Below are positions 49,401 to 63,325 of a DNA stretch of 64,000 nt, in pieces; the stretch's first letter is position 1; each line of letters opens with the position of its first letter. The translations under genes and the position numbers were made by a program. The stretch comes from Selaginella moellendorffii (Eukaryota > Plantae > Lycopodiophyta): the NCBI RefSeq assembly GCF_000143415.4, contig NW_003314262.1, forward strand, positions 857,878-921,877, written 5' to 3'. The notes under the pieces were generated by a model, which was given only the letters and a program-made list of their open reading frames with translations, was not told the origin of the DNA and ran no database searches.

Positions 49401-51577
49401 ATGATCAAGCCAATCTGGTCTGGTCTCACTGTGCTTTGACATTGTCGATGCTGACAGTATATCTAGTGCTTTCTTCTTGGATTTACAACCATAGTTTCTT
49501 TGTTCTTCTGGCAGGAAGACTGTCGACATACAACTGGAATGTTGCATGGATTGCCACACCTTTTTGGCTGCAGTGTACAAACAACTACATCATTATTCTG
49601 TGCAGCATCCTTCTGATTCAGCAGAAAATCAAGTCAGCAGGCATGCACTTGATCTTTGGCTTCTTATAATGCCTTTCTTAGGATCTGACAGGGACCAATG
49701 CCTCTGGCAGTACATCCTCTTCTATAAAACAGATCAGGAGAATGCAAAAGGCTATAAATTTGAAAATGGTGTAGAGACAATGAGAATGCAAAATGCTGCA
49801 AATCTGTGTAACATAATGTGCTATAAGTCAGATTGGTGGCGTTGTCGTAAATGTGTCGCTAAATTATGTTGCTGGATCTTTGGAATTAAATTTTTTTTAA
49901 ACAACTGCCTCTCATGCCTTGGGGCTGCTAAAGAGATGATTCATCACCAATAGGGTGAGCTAAATATTACATTTGGCACAAATATTTATGGAGGGAGTCA
50001 GGGACAATCTTGTTCCACCAACATAGTAGGTCCTAGTAATTATTGACAGCCTCAACAGAACAGCAGAGGATATTATTGAGTGGCATTCCAAGGTGTTATT
50101 TCTTGTTTTGCTGGACAATTACATGCCTTTGTGATTAAATTTATTTGATTTGAAATGATAACATGATTTTAAATTTTAGAAGATTTGCTTTGTGGAAGTC
50201 ATTCTAAGGGCTCTATTCTATTTCTGAGATTTACTTTTGAAACTGTTTTACAATTTTGCAAAAGTTAAATTTGCAAGATTCAGGGTTCTTGAGGCAATGA
50301 GAATCCTTGGTAGTGGTCCTCAGGAGATGCACCAGGAAAGTTTCTTGCCTGAGTCACATGTATAGTGATGCTTTTTGCTTACTTGAGGCCTGGCTGCTTG
50401 TCCAAAGCAAAACTCGTCTCCTCCCCGGTATCCTGCAGAAACACTATGAGCTCATCAAGGCATAGTTTACCATTGATGCAGAGTTTTACTGTTGGCTCTA
50501 ATCTCACATGACCCAATACTTCACGGACTACTCTGTGACTTTGAAGAACTTCAATCACTTTGCGCAAGTTGCTGCAATGAACTTGCACAGAAGGGCTCTA
50601 TTCTATTTCTGAGATTTACTTTTGAAACTGTTTTACAATTTTGCAATAGTTATGAGAATCCTGGTTAGTGGTTTGATCGCATGCCCAGAAGATACAACAT
50701 GAAAGCTTCTTGCCTGAGCTGCATGTATAGTGGTGATGCTTTTTGCTTTCATAGAAATGTGTCTTTATTTTCAACATGAAAGCTTCTTGCCTGAGTTGCA
50801 TGTATAGTGATGATGCTTTTCACTTTCATGGAAACAAGGAAAGCAAAAAAATAAAATAGGTTGTCTTTATTTTCAAATTTTTGCCATATTCAGTAACTCC
50901 TGCTAGTTCAAACATTCAGATGCGACAGAAAAGCTAATACAGGTGAATAAATGGACATCAGAAATAGGAAATTGAATAGCCTGAAATGAAATTCGTTTTG
51001 TCATACCTTTTGCCATCAGAGGTTGAGTTTGTCTCCTTTTACGAATTATGTTACATAAGTCTTCTAAAATCTTCCAATGCTGTCTAGAAATGGATTCTTG
51101 TTCAGGATTTGTGTGAGGTTTTTGAAGCTTGGCAAATAAATTATCTGTCAATTCAGGCACATACCTTTCATCTAGCCAGTGCTGTGCCATCTGCCACTGC
51201 AAGAGTTTTAGAAACCAGGCAGCAATGAGAGAATACAAAGTTCAAAAGCATCTAATTCTTTGATATGAAATTACCACTCGCTCATGAAGAGAGTATCTTT
51301 TTTTTTGTACAGCGAGCAGCATCATTCAGAAAATTGTGGCAATCCTTTGGCTGAAGAACTAATTCCAAGCTTTGAGCCCTTTTGCAGTGTGTCATCATGT
51401 TGTAAAGGATGAAATAAAGAGTGATGTCAAGCTACCACAGAAGGCACCAATTCGCATGGTCTTGTAGAACAGCTTTTCACACTCATCCTCTTTGGAGGTT
51501 AAAATAGGTTCATATTGCAAAGGAACGCACAAGAGTAAGTGCGAAAGGAAATGAAACAATAGAAAAACTTCGAGCAT

Positions 51578-51735
51578 GCCTGGCCTAGAGTTAATGTCTT
51601 CCCATTCATTTTAACAGGAGAGAATGGGTTCCCATTCACAAAAAGGGCATGCCCCTGTGTGTGTTTCAGTGCCACTTCTGCTATACATTCAGTCTTGGAT
51701 ATTGGATTTGAGAGAGATAAAACGATTGGTCTTTG
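51578..51735 (-). pseudogene. Isolated malic-enzyme exon fragment
   Basis: RPIVLSLSNPISKTECIAEVALKHTQGHALFVNGNPFSPVKMNGKTLTLGQ resembles the malic-enzyme motif RPIIFALSNPT..ECTAE.A..W..G.A.FASGSPF.PV..NGK...PGQ. No other exons were found. Confidence 0.8.
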
Positions 51736-52119
51736 ATGGATCATTTATAAGAAGAAAAGATAGGAAAAGAGAAAGAAACACAAACCTCCGTGAAAGACAC
51801 AGCCTCTTCAAAAATTTCTTTAAACATGCCTTTTCTTTGACATTGGGCTTTATTTGCCACATTTTAAATTATCACACACACACACACACACAGCAGCTCA
51901 CAATCTAGCCTGATTGCCCTAAAAAGTTTCGCTTGATTTTGAGTGTCATTAAATCAAAATTGAAGTGTTGCCACCCTTTTGGCACATGATCTATATAATC
52001 TATTTGAAGGTTTTGAATTTTAACAGTTAAATTATAAGTATATTCACAAATAATATTCTAAATATAGAATAAAAGACGCCAGATGCCAGATGCCAATAGC
52101 ACTTTTAAATAAGGGAGTA

Positions 52120-52280
52120 CTAGCAAAAGTCCCAGCTACGCTGGGAGCATTATGTTTATTCTTAATGTTTTAGTATTTCAAAAATTTGAAATCATAATTA
52201 TAATTTTAATATAATCATAATTATAACATACATAGTTAACATAACATAATATAATATTTATATTCAAAATCCATTTTAAA
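52120..52280 (-). mobile_element. Helitron-like 3' terminus
   Basis: The minus strand reads TCCCAGC-GTA-GCTGGGA (hairpin), a short spacer, then CTAG and T. Similar subterminal sequence occurs at 57919, ~53500 and ~54283. Confidence 0.65.
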
Positions 52281-55200
52281 AATATAACATAAATTCTCAT
52301 ATGTACTATAATCATCCACACTTTCTTGGCACTTCTAGGATTGAATGATCAAGACCTCTTTCCCATGTTTGAGAAACACTGTTACCACCAGTACACCTTC
52401 AATCAATCCTTATACAGAACAATTGTCATGAAACTTGGCACTGGAGACAAGATTCCTCCACACTCTGTTCATTTTATGCATTTGCCCGTGGGTTGATAAT
52501 GGCACTCACAAGAGGCACCAGTACCCAGCATCATCATCTAATACAGGAATTAATGTTGTTGTTGCCATGGTTGAGGGACCTATTTGCCCTGAATTCAAGA
52601 GGCAAACTGTTCATCTCATCACCATCGCCACCCATTATTATGGATCATTCCATGTACTATTAACCTCAAAGAAAAGCTACCTACCTAATCATTGCCCTAG
52701 CTTTCTTGACATTGATTTGCTCCTGGCCATGACATTCTTGCTATAGCAATTCTCTAGCATTGCCTACCTCTATTCAATGTATCTCTCACATTCTCCTTGA
52801 TGCCCATACCCAAGAATCAATAGTGCAAGTTCAACACCTAAAATAGGTTTTCTTTGTCATGTTACTGAAAAAAAAAGGGCCATAACATGTATAAAGTTTT
52901 TTTATTTCCTACAACATTCACAGCTCCAATGGTTTTATATTGGACATTTAATTCTTATACAAGGAAAATATGTGGTTGAGGGAGATTAAATTTTATATTA
53001 GTTTTTTATTTTATTAGTGAGCTGTATTGGATTGAGTCTTTATAAAGTTTACAACATGTTTGAGATAACTATTTATCATGACACTTATATGAGCTTGGTT
53101 TACAAAGGTTATAGCCAATGAAATATAGAGGATTATAATTAAAGTTTGAACCTGCATAAAATTAACCATACCATTTGTTAACTTCTATGGTTATGCTAAT
53201 GTTATGTTAAATATTCTTGAGCAAGCCAGCCTTAGAGGATACTCATTTTCCACAATCATTTTATTATATGCTAGATTATGCTATTTCCAGAAATCCTGCC
53301 AAGAGAGAAAAAGAAAAATTAACAAAGAATCTGATAATTGACTAACAAAGAGAAAGGTACTGACTACTTGTAGTGATTAACATGAGTTGTCACAAAAACT
53401 TGTGATCTAGCAGCCCTAGAATGCATGGTCAATGAAACAAACACTACATGCTAAAATTACTGCTATTGGCAATATATTCAATCACACTCATCCAAGGCAC
53501 AAGTCCCAGCTTTGCTGGGAGTGTCATGTACATTTTTGTTATTTAGTAATTCTGAAAAGTTCATATTCATCTTTATATTTGAAAAGTTCATACTAATCAT
53601 AACATACATAACAATTCTAATATAAAAACACACATCAGAGATATTTAGCACCTTTAGTGGTTTGGACAAGACTGCCAATTTGGGATATATCATCATTCAT
53701 CATACAAGTGTAATTAACTTTTATAATGTAGTATCAAAAATTAGATGGAGATATAGAAATATAAGTAGCTTTACATATGACAATTCATTTTCTTGACATG
53801 ACAAGTCAGTTCCCATGTGTTCTTAACCAAACCCTAGTTAAAAAATCAAATGAGAATATCTATTAAATATCAACTGCTATTGTACAAATTATGTGTAGTA
53901 CTGAACATCCAGCAGCAGCATTAACAACATTGATGCTGAGTGGTGGCAGAATTAGAAATGTCATATAACTTTGGTAAATCATCATGGTAAATCATCATAG
54001 AATAAAGGGTGAAAACCATGTGCGCTACAATAATTTCTCATACACAGTATAAATGCTAAATTGGTCAACTCATTATATTGAGAACTAACTTTTTATGTGT
54101 CATGAATCTATTATAGAGAATTAATTATCATTATATAAGATCACAATTACCATTAATAATAATTTTTGTGATTGAGTTACTCTAGAGTAAATATATATTT
54201 TACAAACACTTCTTGATGCATCATAGTTATTTATAGTTAGATACAGAAGTTTTAGCTATACAAGTTTCCAAATATATATTTTCTGGGAGTGTCATGTACA
54301 TTTCTGTTATTTAGTAATTTCTAAAAATTTTATATTCATATTTATATATAAAATTTTCATATTAATCTTAACATGCATAAAAAACTTTTCTGAAACCTTT
54401 ATCAAAAGGCTAACATTATTAGTCATAGTTTTTTAAAAATTAATCTACTTTTCTAATAATATGCAGAAGGAGAAAATTAATGGATGAATCATGAGCTAAA
54501 AACCCCACTTTTATTAAAGAATTAAAATAATACTTAATCAATCATAAATTATAAAGTATTTATTAATATATTATCATTCTTGTCTGAAAATATATAATAG
54601 TACAATAATGATTTGGAATGTGTTTAGAATTTATAGACTTTCCCAAATACATATTGTATACTCTAGTTTATTCTACCACCTAATAATTGATATACAATAA
54701 GATTAATCTTGCAAACTAAGTGTTTCTCTATGTAACACACTGTTATTTCATGTTATATATGTGTTTGCCATAACAGTTTTCTAGTAACACAATTATCACA
54801 ATAAAGGTTGAAACTCATATTCTTTATTGTTCATATATACTTTTTTGATATTTCAGATCTTCAGAGCTACCAAGTAGCTTTGGATACCATTCCATTGCAT
54901 GTCCCACAACCAGAGCAAAATCACCATAAGAGAATAACCAGCCTCAGCCTACTTTGGTCATATTATAGCAATAGATCATGGTGGTTTGATAATAGATCAT
55001 TGTTCCCAGCAATCTCCTAATGTTTTGCATTACTATAAAGTTTATCAGTGGGTTCTGTTAAAGCTAGAAAACAGAGCAAGGACTTAAATCCATTAGCTGT
55101 AAATGAATTGTTACCTTATTTTATAATATTCCAGCTCTAGGCAATGTGATATCTTAAAAATTGGGAAAAATAAGAAAGAACTACATCAAGGGCCTAAAGC

Positions 55201-56114
55201 TTCCATCTACTGCTCCATACTTCCTTGGAGATTGCCTTCCTTGTATAATTTCCTATGCTCTACTCTAACAGCTAAGAAGACCTCCCCTAGTGAGCACATG
55301 TTTCCTTCGGAAGCTTGCTTTTGTTACTGCTGCTCTTACCAAAAGGACAAGAAGAGGCAAAAAAAACAATAAGAGGCCAGGTGAGCAATGAGGCCGTGGT
55401 TGTGAAGTGGAGGTGATAGGCTCTGCGGAAGTGGAAGATTGCTTCCTGGGGTTTTCAAGGCTGCAGAACTTAAGCCTCTACTTGGAGACGTGACTCTGAC
55501 TTTTGAACTCTCTTGGGTAGGTCAGCTTTATAAATCTGTGAAACAAAGAGCTAAACTTCCACTTTGGATTAACAATAAAACTGGAAAAACAGGAACTTTA
55601 ATGAACAGGAAAGCATGAGAGTGAGGCACGTCACTTGGATTAGCTCATTGAGCTGCGTGTGAAGATATTTGGAATTCACCAGTGGACATCTTGAGCAGAG
55701 GCTGCCACAGCAATGGTAGTCGGGTCTTTGGCAACTGGAGAGCTCAATCAATCTCTTTGGCTGAAGTTACTCTAGATTATTTTTCAGTGGCTCCTTGATA
55801 TTGATATCGATAAGATCGTTTGCTGGAAGGATCTCCTCAAGATCTTTGCAGACCAGTGATCGAACAGAGAGGGGTGCTCGGCTGTGATGTGTTACCACCA
55901 CCACATTCTGCATAAACCCTAGCCTTAACCATTCCATCTCGTGGCCACTCTAGTCTCTGGGACAAAGGATCTAGCTCGCGGCCACTCTGGTCTCCAGGAC
56001 AAAGGATCCAGCTCCCAATCCTTGGTGGAGTCCATTCCATCCTCTTCTGTGACAACTGCCTAGAGTTAACAACTATTGTATTAAAACCATGCACAACGTG
56101 CCTAACGGCCTCAC

Positions 56115-56233
56115 TCTTGTCGAGACCCATTCTGATGAGTGCATCCAACAGCTAATCTGATCCATTGTGGAGGCAACAGCACAAGGAACTCCCGCTGAAT
56201 AAAGAGCTGCCAGCCATTCTCGTGGGCCAGCAC
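56115..56233 (-). pseudogene. HAD-superfamily phosphatase exon fragment, frameshifted
   Basis: GPREWLAALYSAGVPCAVASTMD.../LDALIRMGLDK resembles plant chloroplast HAD-IA phosphatases (EWL.A...A.IPCAV.S.LDR..L...L.RMGL). An AG acceptor precedes it. Confidence 0.6.
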
Positions 56234-57918
56234 CTGCAAAACAAGTTTCATGACAAATTGTAAACCTTGGATAGCTCTGTATATTTCTGATAGCCAATTC
56301 ATCAATCCATACTCCGCCCAAGCTAGCTGGGAAAACAAAGTTACATTTCACTCTAACCTCTTCAGACTAACCACCCTTTCCAGGTCATGCTTGGAGGTAC
56401 TACAGATGATCAATCGCCGGATCATCTCCAATAATTTTTTCTGCAAAAATGGTGAAAACAAAAAATCGATATAAAAAAGAAACCTTCCTCCAACGATGTC
56501 CCAGTCTCTGCAGTTCCTGGGACTTTGTCAAGTCGGGAGTGGACTTGTACACGTCCATGGCTGTAACGCTTGAAAGCTGATGCCAGTCGGCACTCATGGC
56601 AAGATCTAAAACGAAAAGGACCTCAGCAGTAGTGATCTCGTCCAGGAGGGTGCCAAGAGCTGGTCGAGAGTGATCGGCAGCCTGTTGTCGCAGCCTGGGA
56701 CTCTTGTGAGCCAGATTGTGCACGAGAATTACCAAGTCAAAACTTTATATGGATCTGCTCTCAACAAACCATTCTTCAGCTGCTCTTCTTCATATGATAG
56801 GTCCTATATGGAACCAATTGGTAAACCATTCAAAGCAGAGTAAGGAAGAAATTTTTACCTGAAAGTTAACGCCTACTGAATCTATGTATCTTACACTGCA
56901 TGAAACACTTTCATGACACTTGATGTCTGGAAAAAAAATTGTTGATATCAGTGTTCATGCCACCACAGTGCATATTATGGAGGTCTTTCCAGCACCCTGC
57001 CATGCCACTTGATTAGTAACATACGTGATTAATTAAAAAAAGTGATTTACCTCCAAACAAGAAGTCGTACCCATCTTAGTTTCGTAGACACGCTCTTCGT
57101 CACAGAGTTAGTGCTACATAGTATAGTAGCTTGACTTAGACCTTCCACAGAAATATTAACAATCTTCACACCCTCACTGTCCACAAAACCTTTTCTACAT
57201 GAGTTTTCAGTTTTGTAGCACACCTGCACATTACCTGACGAGAATGAGCAACAAGACCTTGAGCAGCTCATCGTCTGAGGAACCAGAGGAGATGACTCAG
57301 ATGCTGGAGCTGGTTGTCGTCCCAGATTGGTTCTTCACTTCTCTGGAAATTTTTCTGGGCTACGAGAAGAGTGCCTCCATGGTTTATAGTCAGGTATATT
57401 GAGTTGCCTCCCATTAATCGATGAGAAGTTCTACTGCTAACCTCTTCCAGAGTTTTTGGTGCGGCTCCTTGAGAATCACTGGAGGATAATAACCGGAGGA
57501 TGCAACACCGTCTTCTTCTTCTCCTTGCTCTTGGCTGGAGGTGCTAAGAAAAGAAGCATTCATATTTCCAGATTTACCTACCAATCCGTGGAAGGCAGAG
57601 AAAAATATAAATTGAGAAACAAAAAGAGAAAATACCAATCTGCGAAGAATCGGGCATCAAATTCTAACCTCCAGTGGAAAATATAAGTAGTCTGCAAGAA
57701 CAGAATCCAGGAGAGAGTACATCTGCTCACTGCCCCTCCCGTCGCTGAACGCATTTTTTCCAGCCCTAAAAAGCCACATAAAATTTTTCTCTGATTTGAA
57801 ACGACATGACCTTCGACAATTAGATCTTGGCCGTTAGATCTCAGCATATACCCAGAATAAGTATCCCCAGTATATGCTATTATTATACCGGCTCTTTCGT
57901 TTAAATATATGAGTATGA

Positions 57919-58038
57919 CTAGCAAAAGTCCTAACTATGCTGGGAGCATCGTGTTTATTTCTGATATGTTAATAATTTCAAAGAGTTGTATGTGTAATTG
58001 TAATTTTTAACATAATCATAATTATAAAATATATAGTT
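57919..58038 (-). mobile_element. Second Helitron-like 3' terminus, interrupted by the Ty3/gypsy insertion and resuming at ~63330
   Basis: ctagcaaaagtcctaactatgctgggagcat is nearly the same as 52120 onward. The reconstructed empty site (atagtt-aaacataac) matches 52232-52245. Confidence 0.65.
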
Positions 58039-61000
58039 TGTGAGTGCTTGGAATATGGAAAGGGAATACAGAAATGTGCATATCAATTAGCCCAAAAACC
58101 CTAGCTTATATACAAGAGCGAGTGGTCCGGATTGAAACTAATCCAATGGCTACCAAAATCCCACTACGCTAATATTAGTATACGGCATCGTAACCGTACA
58201 CTTGGCCCTCACATCATCCCCCCCCTCAGGATAATGGAAGACCATCAGGGTTCTCTTGTAGATGGGCCAGGATCTGGAGGAACATCAGAAGGAGGCATCG
58301 GCATATCTGTAGATGGTATTAACTGCTCCTGATCCCTTTGTATGAAGCGTTTTAACCGCTGCACATGCACAATCTTTGGAGGATCGGCTTGCTGGACGTC
58401 ATGCCGAACCTCATAAACTTGTGGTCCAACTTGCCGCAATACCCGATACGGTCCTTTCCACTGTGCAAGGAGCCCCTTAGATAAACCACGTACCGTAAGA
58501 TGGGGAAAACAGACTAACACCAAATCATCCACTTTGTACTCCGCAGGTGGACGATGACGGGAGTTGTAGCACCGTTGTTGTCCCACTTGTATGCGGCCTA
58601 AGTGTTCGGCAGACTCCGCTCGGACAAGTGGAAGAATGCTTGTCAAATATTGATCCCATGACTTAGCATCCGCAGCTCGTGGCAATCGCAAAGGTAAACC
58701 CAGCTCCGTTGGTAATATTGGATCATGACCATATAGGAGTTTATATGGTGAAGCACCAACAGAACTCAGCACCCTAGTGACATATGCATACCGAAGAGAC
58801 GGCAAATAACCATCCCAATCCGAATGCTGAAAGTTCACATACTTCGCAATCATCCCTTTGAACGTCCGAACGAGCCGTTCCACCAGACCGTCTGATTGTG
58901 GATGATAAGCACTTATGAAAGTGTGGCGAATCCCCAACTGAGACGTCAAAACATGAAACGCCTCAGCCATAAAAGCGGGACCATTATCCGAAAGAATCTG
59001 CTCTGGACAATAATGCTGGAACACCACTCGATTGAGGAGGAAGTATCTAACAGCAGTTGCAGAGGCACTAGCAAGAGCACCAACTTCCACCCAACGAGTC
59101 AAATAGTCAGAAGCAATAATAACATACTCATTGCCAGCAGTTGACCGTGGAAAAGGTCCCATAAGATTAAACGCCACCAATTGAAACGGACGGGAAACTG
59201 TAATTGACTCCAACCGTCCTTCCGCAGTCCGAGAGGGAGTATTACGAGCTTGGCACCAAACACAGCTACGCACATACCGGATAATATCACGTCGCATCTC
59301 CGGCTAATAGAAAGACCTGCTTAGCTTCTCGATTACACGACAATGTCCCATATGCCCACCTAGAACAGGAGAATCATGGTAGGCATGGAGAAACCGCAGA
59401 ATAAAGATAGAAGGCACGACCAGCCGTAAATGATCATCAGGCCCCACAAAATAAAGAAGGCCACCTTCAAGACGATATTGAGAATGTAAATGCCAGAAAG
59501 GCAAGTCATCAGCAAGTGATGCAGGATTCTCAAACCCATCTCAAAGCCTTCGAATCCATGGCTCAATCTTTTGAGCCTCGCGAACCTCATGAAACGAAGG
59601 TAGATCTTGCTCTGCACCTTGTGGACACTGAATGTCAAGTATAGCAACCGCCGACAGCACAGAATCCTCGTCTAGAAAATCCAATGATGCTGGAACGACA
59701 AGTTCATAAAAAACATGAGAAGAGAATGAAGAAGGAAGAGGAGCTCGAGAAAGGGCATCAGCATCAGCCATAGAACTCCCTGGGCGGTGAACAACATCAA
59801 AATCATATATCTGAAGCTTCAAAGCCCACTGAGCAGTACGACCAACCAGGTTCTTTCTCTTTAATAATGAAGTAACAGCAGTATGGTCACCTTCAAGTAA
59901 CGTCCGAGAACCATGTAGATATGCATGAAGTTTCTCGAAACCCCAAACTGCTGCTAAACACTCCTTCTCTGTCGTGGAGTAGTTCATCTCCGCTGGTTGT
60001 AATGTACGGCTTATATATGCAATGGGATGGTGTTGACCAGGCACACTCGAGCTCTCTTGCATTAACACACCTCCAAGACCAATGTCAGAAGCATCCACGC
60101 GCAAAATAAAAGGTCGAGTGTAGTCAGGATATGCCAAAACCGGAGGAGTTGTCAATAACTTTTTGAGATCCCCAAATGCCCGCTCACAATCCGGAGACCA
60201 AATGAAAGATGATGTTGATGACTTCAGCAATGCTCGCAATAGTGCAGTGCGATCAGAAAGATAATCCACAAAACGCCCGAGATATTGCACCTTGCCCAAG
60301 AAGCGCTACACATCATTCACACACTTCGGAGTAGGGAACTTTAGAACAGGCACAAGTTTGTCAGGATCAACTTGCAAACCCTCACGAGAAATACGGTACC
60401 ATGCTTTATTTCGTTAAAGTGGGACTTATTCAGTAAAGTGGGACATTAATTAGCATGTGTCCATATGCCATTTCCTAGTACTTAATTAATATTTATTAAT
60501 ATTTCTATCAGTTTTTTAATATATTTTTTTATATTTCACAATATTATAACACAAAATCATATGAAAAGTTTTTAATTTATAAATTATAAAGTTAAAACTT
60601 CAATTTTTTATTGTTGTTATAAAAATGGCATGTGGCCACACACCATAAGTGGGATAATGAAAAGTCCCACTTTAATGAAATAAAGCATTACCCAAGATAA
60701 GTTGTGTCCTTGGATCCAAACACGCACTTCGACCGCTTTAGCTTTAAACCAACGTCGCGTAGCTGATCCAACACTTTACAAACATCACGAACGTGCTCCT
60801 CCCACGTCCCCTCCGAGTGGATCAAGACATCATCAATGAAGTCAGCAGTCACCTCTGGCATATCGCAAAGAACCTCGTCCATCATCCGTTGAAAAGTTGC
60901 TGGAGCATTGTTCAAACCAAATGGCATCACCAAGAACTCATACAAACCAAATGGTGTACAAAAAGTAGTCTTAGGAATATCTTCTTCGGCCATCGGTACT

Positions 61001-63325
61001 TGCCAGTACCTAGAAGCAAGATCTAGCTTGGTGAACTAACGACTTCGCCCCAGACGATCCAAGAGATCAGTAGTGTGAGGAAGAGGGTACACATCCGGAA
61101 TCGTTACGTCGTTTAACGGACGATAGTCGATGCAGAAATGAATACTCCCATCAGGCTTCGTCACAAGATGAGGTTCACATGCCCAAGGACTTCGTGACTT
61201 CCGAATAACACCCTTCTCCAACATCTCCTGGACATTCGCACGTAAAATCTTGATCTCCTTTGGTGACCGACGACGAACAGGAACCTTGATTGGACGAGCA
61301 TCCCCAGTTGGAATTGGATGACGTGTAGCAATCTTGGCTCCAGACGATAGGTCAAAGTCAAAGAGATCAGAATACTCCTTCATGAGCCGGTCAACTGCTG
61401 CAACACAAAGATCGTCGGAGGGATCGGAAAAGGGAAGAGCAGAACAAGATGGAAAGATAAAAGGAAATAGTGGGGGAACAAAAGTAATGGAAGCAGAGGT
61501 AGAAGTAGAGGGACGAAGAGGTACGGATGTGAGAGGAATGGAGGAAACATAAGGAAGTATGAGACAAGGGGGAGAAGCCTCAAAGTCACACTTGGCATGA
61601 TTGCGCTGTAACCAATCCATACCAAGAATGAGGTCAAAAGCTTGACTCGGCACCACCCGCAACGACTGCAACTCAAGCTCGAGATCGCCCACACGCACAA
61701 CTAGGTCTGCTTCATCCCGTGCACATGCATGTGTACGGCCGTTGCCATAAAGAATGAAAAATGGTTCCGCTGCATGACGCAAGTGTAGACGACAACGTGT
61801 GGCAATAGGTCGAGCAATAGAAAATAAACTCGAACCTATATCAACCAACACAGAGAGAATAATAGGAGACCTCTTGTTATAAAGATGAGCTTGGAAAGTA
61901 AACACTGGATGAACTGGTGCCGAATGAACCCCTTGATGATACTCCCGAAAGAAAAATGGAGGGGTCACTGACTTATTCGCGCAAGGTCCCTCCAGACTCC
62001 TCGTTTCCCAGATTCATCTCTGTGTCCAAACCTTCCACTACAGCAGCACCAACGGGACATTGTTGATGCCAAGGTCTCCACCTAGGAAATGGAGGTCACC
62101 AATCCGGAAAGCACTGACAATGCCGATAAGTATGACCAACTTCATCACACGCCCAGCAACGAACATCATGGCCACGACCACGTCCTCGTCCTTGTCCTTG
62201 GACTCGAGTAGCAGCAGCATCAACCTCCATGGGAACAGGACCATCACTCATAGAAAGTGGAGTGGAAGGACGTGCAGCGAGAAGTGGAAGAGGCGACGTC
62301 TCATAACGTTGTGCCAAGCGAAGAGCATCGTCAAGGGTGGCAGGAGCAAGTGCATGCACAAGGCCGACAAGATCTTGACGAAGTGCTGGCCACAACATTC
62401 CTAGCTTGATCCGCTCCGACATATTGGGCTCCGCACGAAGCAAAAGACTTCGGAAACAAATGCCAAATTGCATCACCGACTCAAATGGCCCTTGGCGAAG
62501 ACGATGCAATTGTTGGAAGGCATCGTCACAATCGTCGGCATGTCCGAAGGTGCGTTTGAAGACGTCCGGAAGAACACTCCAATCCGCACGAGTGGTCGCA
62601 CTCAATCCATTGTACCACTGCAACGCCGTCCCTTGGAGACACGTGGGAAACTCACATAAATGTTGAGCATCATCCCAAGAATGATATGTGGCAATCACCG
62701 TGAAGTGATCAAACCAATGGTACACATCATCCCCGGGATTCCCACGAAAGAACTCTGGCCGAACGCGAGGATTGGCACCAAGAGCAGGAGGAGTTGGACC
62801 ACGTGCCGTGAATGCTGCCATCAATTGAGTTTGGTTGTTCAATTGCAAGCGCATAGCATCAAGCAATTGGACCAACTGCTGCTCGAGAGTCAAAGGAGGA
62901 GATTGCTGATCTGCCATGGAGATGAATGAAAAAGAAAGAGCAAAAGAAGAGAAATGACAAAAAGCTAGAAGGAAATGGTAGATCTAGACAATGCAAAAAG
63001 CTAAATCTAAACCAAAATCCTGAAAGGAAAGAACAAAAAGAAGGAAATGGAAAAAGCTAGATCTAGACAATGCAAAAGCTAGATCTAAACCAAAATCCCA
63101 AATCCAAGCACTCCTCAGGGACAATCAAAGGTGCCCCTCATCTCCACCAATGTGAGTGCTTGGAATATGGAAAGGAAATACAGAAATGTGCATATCAATT
63201 AGCCCAAAAACCCTAGCTTATATATAGGAGCGAGTGGTCCGGATTGAAACTAATCCAACGGCTACCAAAATCCCACCACGCTAATATTAGTATACGGCAT
63301 TGTAGCTGTACACTTGGCCCTCACA
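58039..63325 (-). mobile_element. Full-length Ty3/gypsy retrotransposon without chromodomain, 175-bp LTRs (58039-58213 and 63151-63325), inactivated
   Basis: The LTRs are TGTGAG...CTCACA with a 4-bp TSD AGTT. The PBS TGGTGGAGATGAGGGG is tRNA-Ala-like, and a G-rich PPT lies at ~58217-58228. Coding motifs include gag with CWACDEVGHTYRHC, protease VDIGS, RT FIDD, RNase H and integrase ending in GPY...VHVQRLK. Premature stops are at 62096, 61036, 59541 and 59304. Confidence 0.96.
60401..60688. mobile_element. 288-bp AT-rich MITE inserted in the RT domain
   Basis: TIRs are ATGCTTTATTTCGTTAAAGTGGGACTT and AAGTCCCACTTTAATGAAATAAAGCAT, with TACC on both sides. Removing the insert and one TACC restores TTYLG-YRISREG. 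Confidence 0.92.

Noticed and set aside
61950-62010. -1 ribosomal frameshift signal (G GGA AAC plus downstream stem) at the gag-pol junction
   Set aside because: The motif is in the gag frame, but the protease ORF as assembled is in the +1 frame and the -1 frame hits a stop. It cannot be supported without intact copies.
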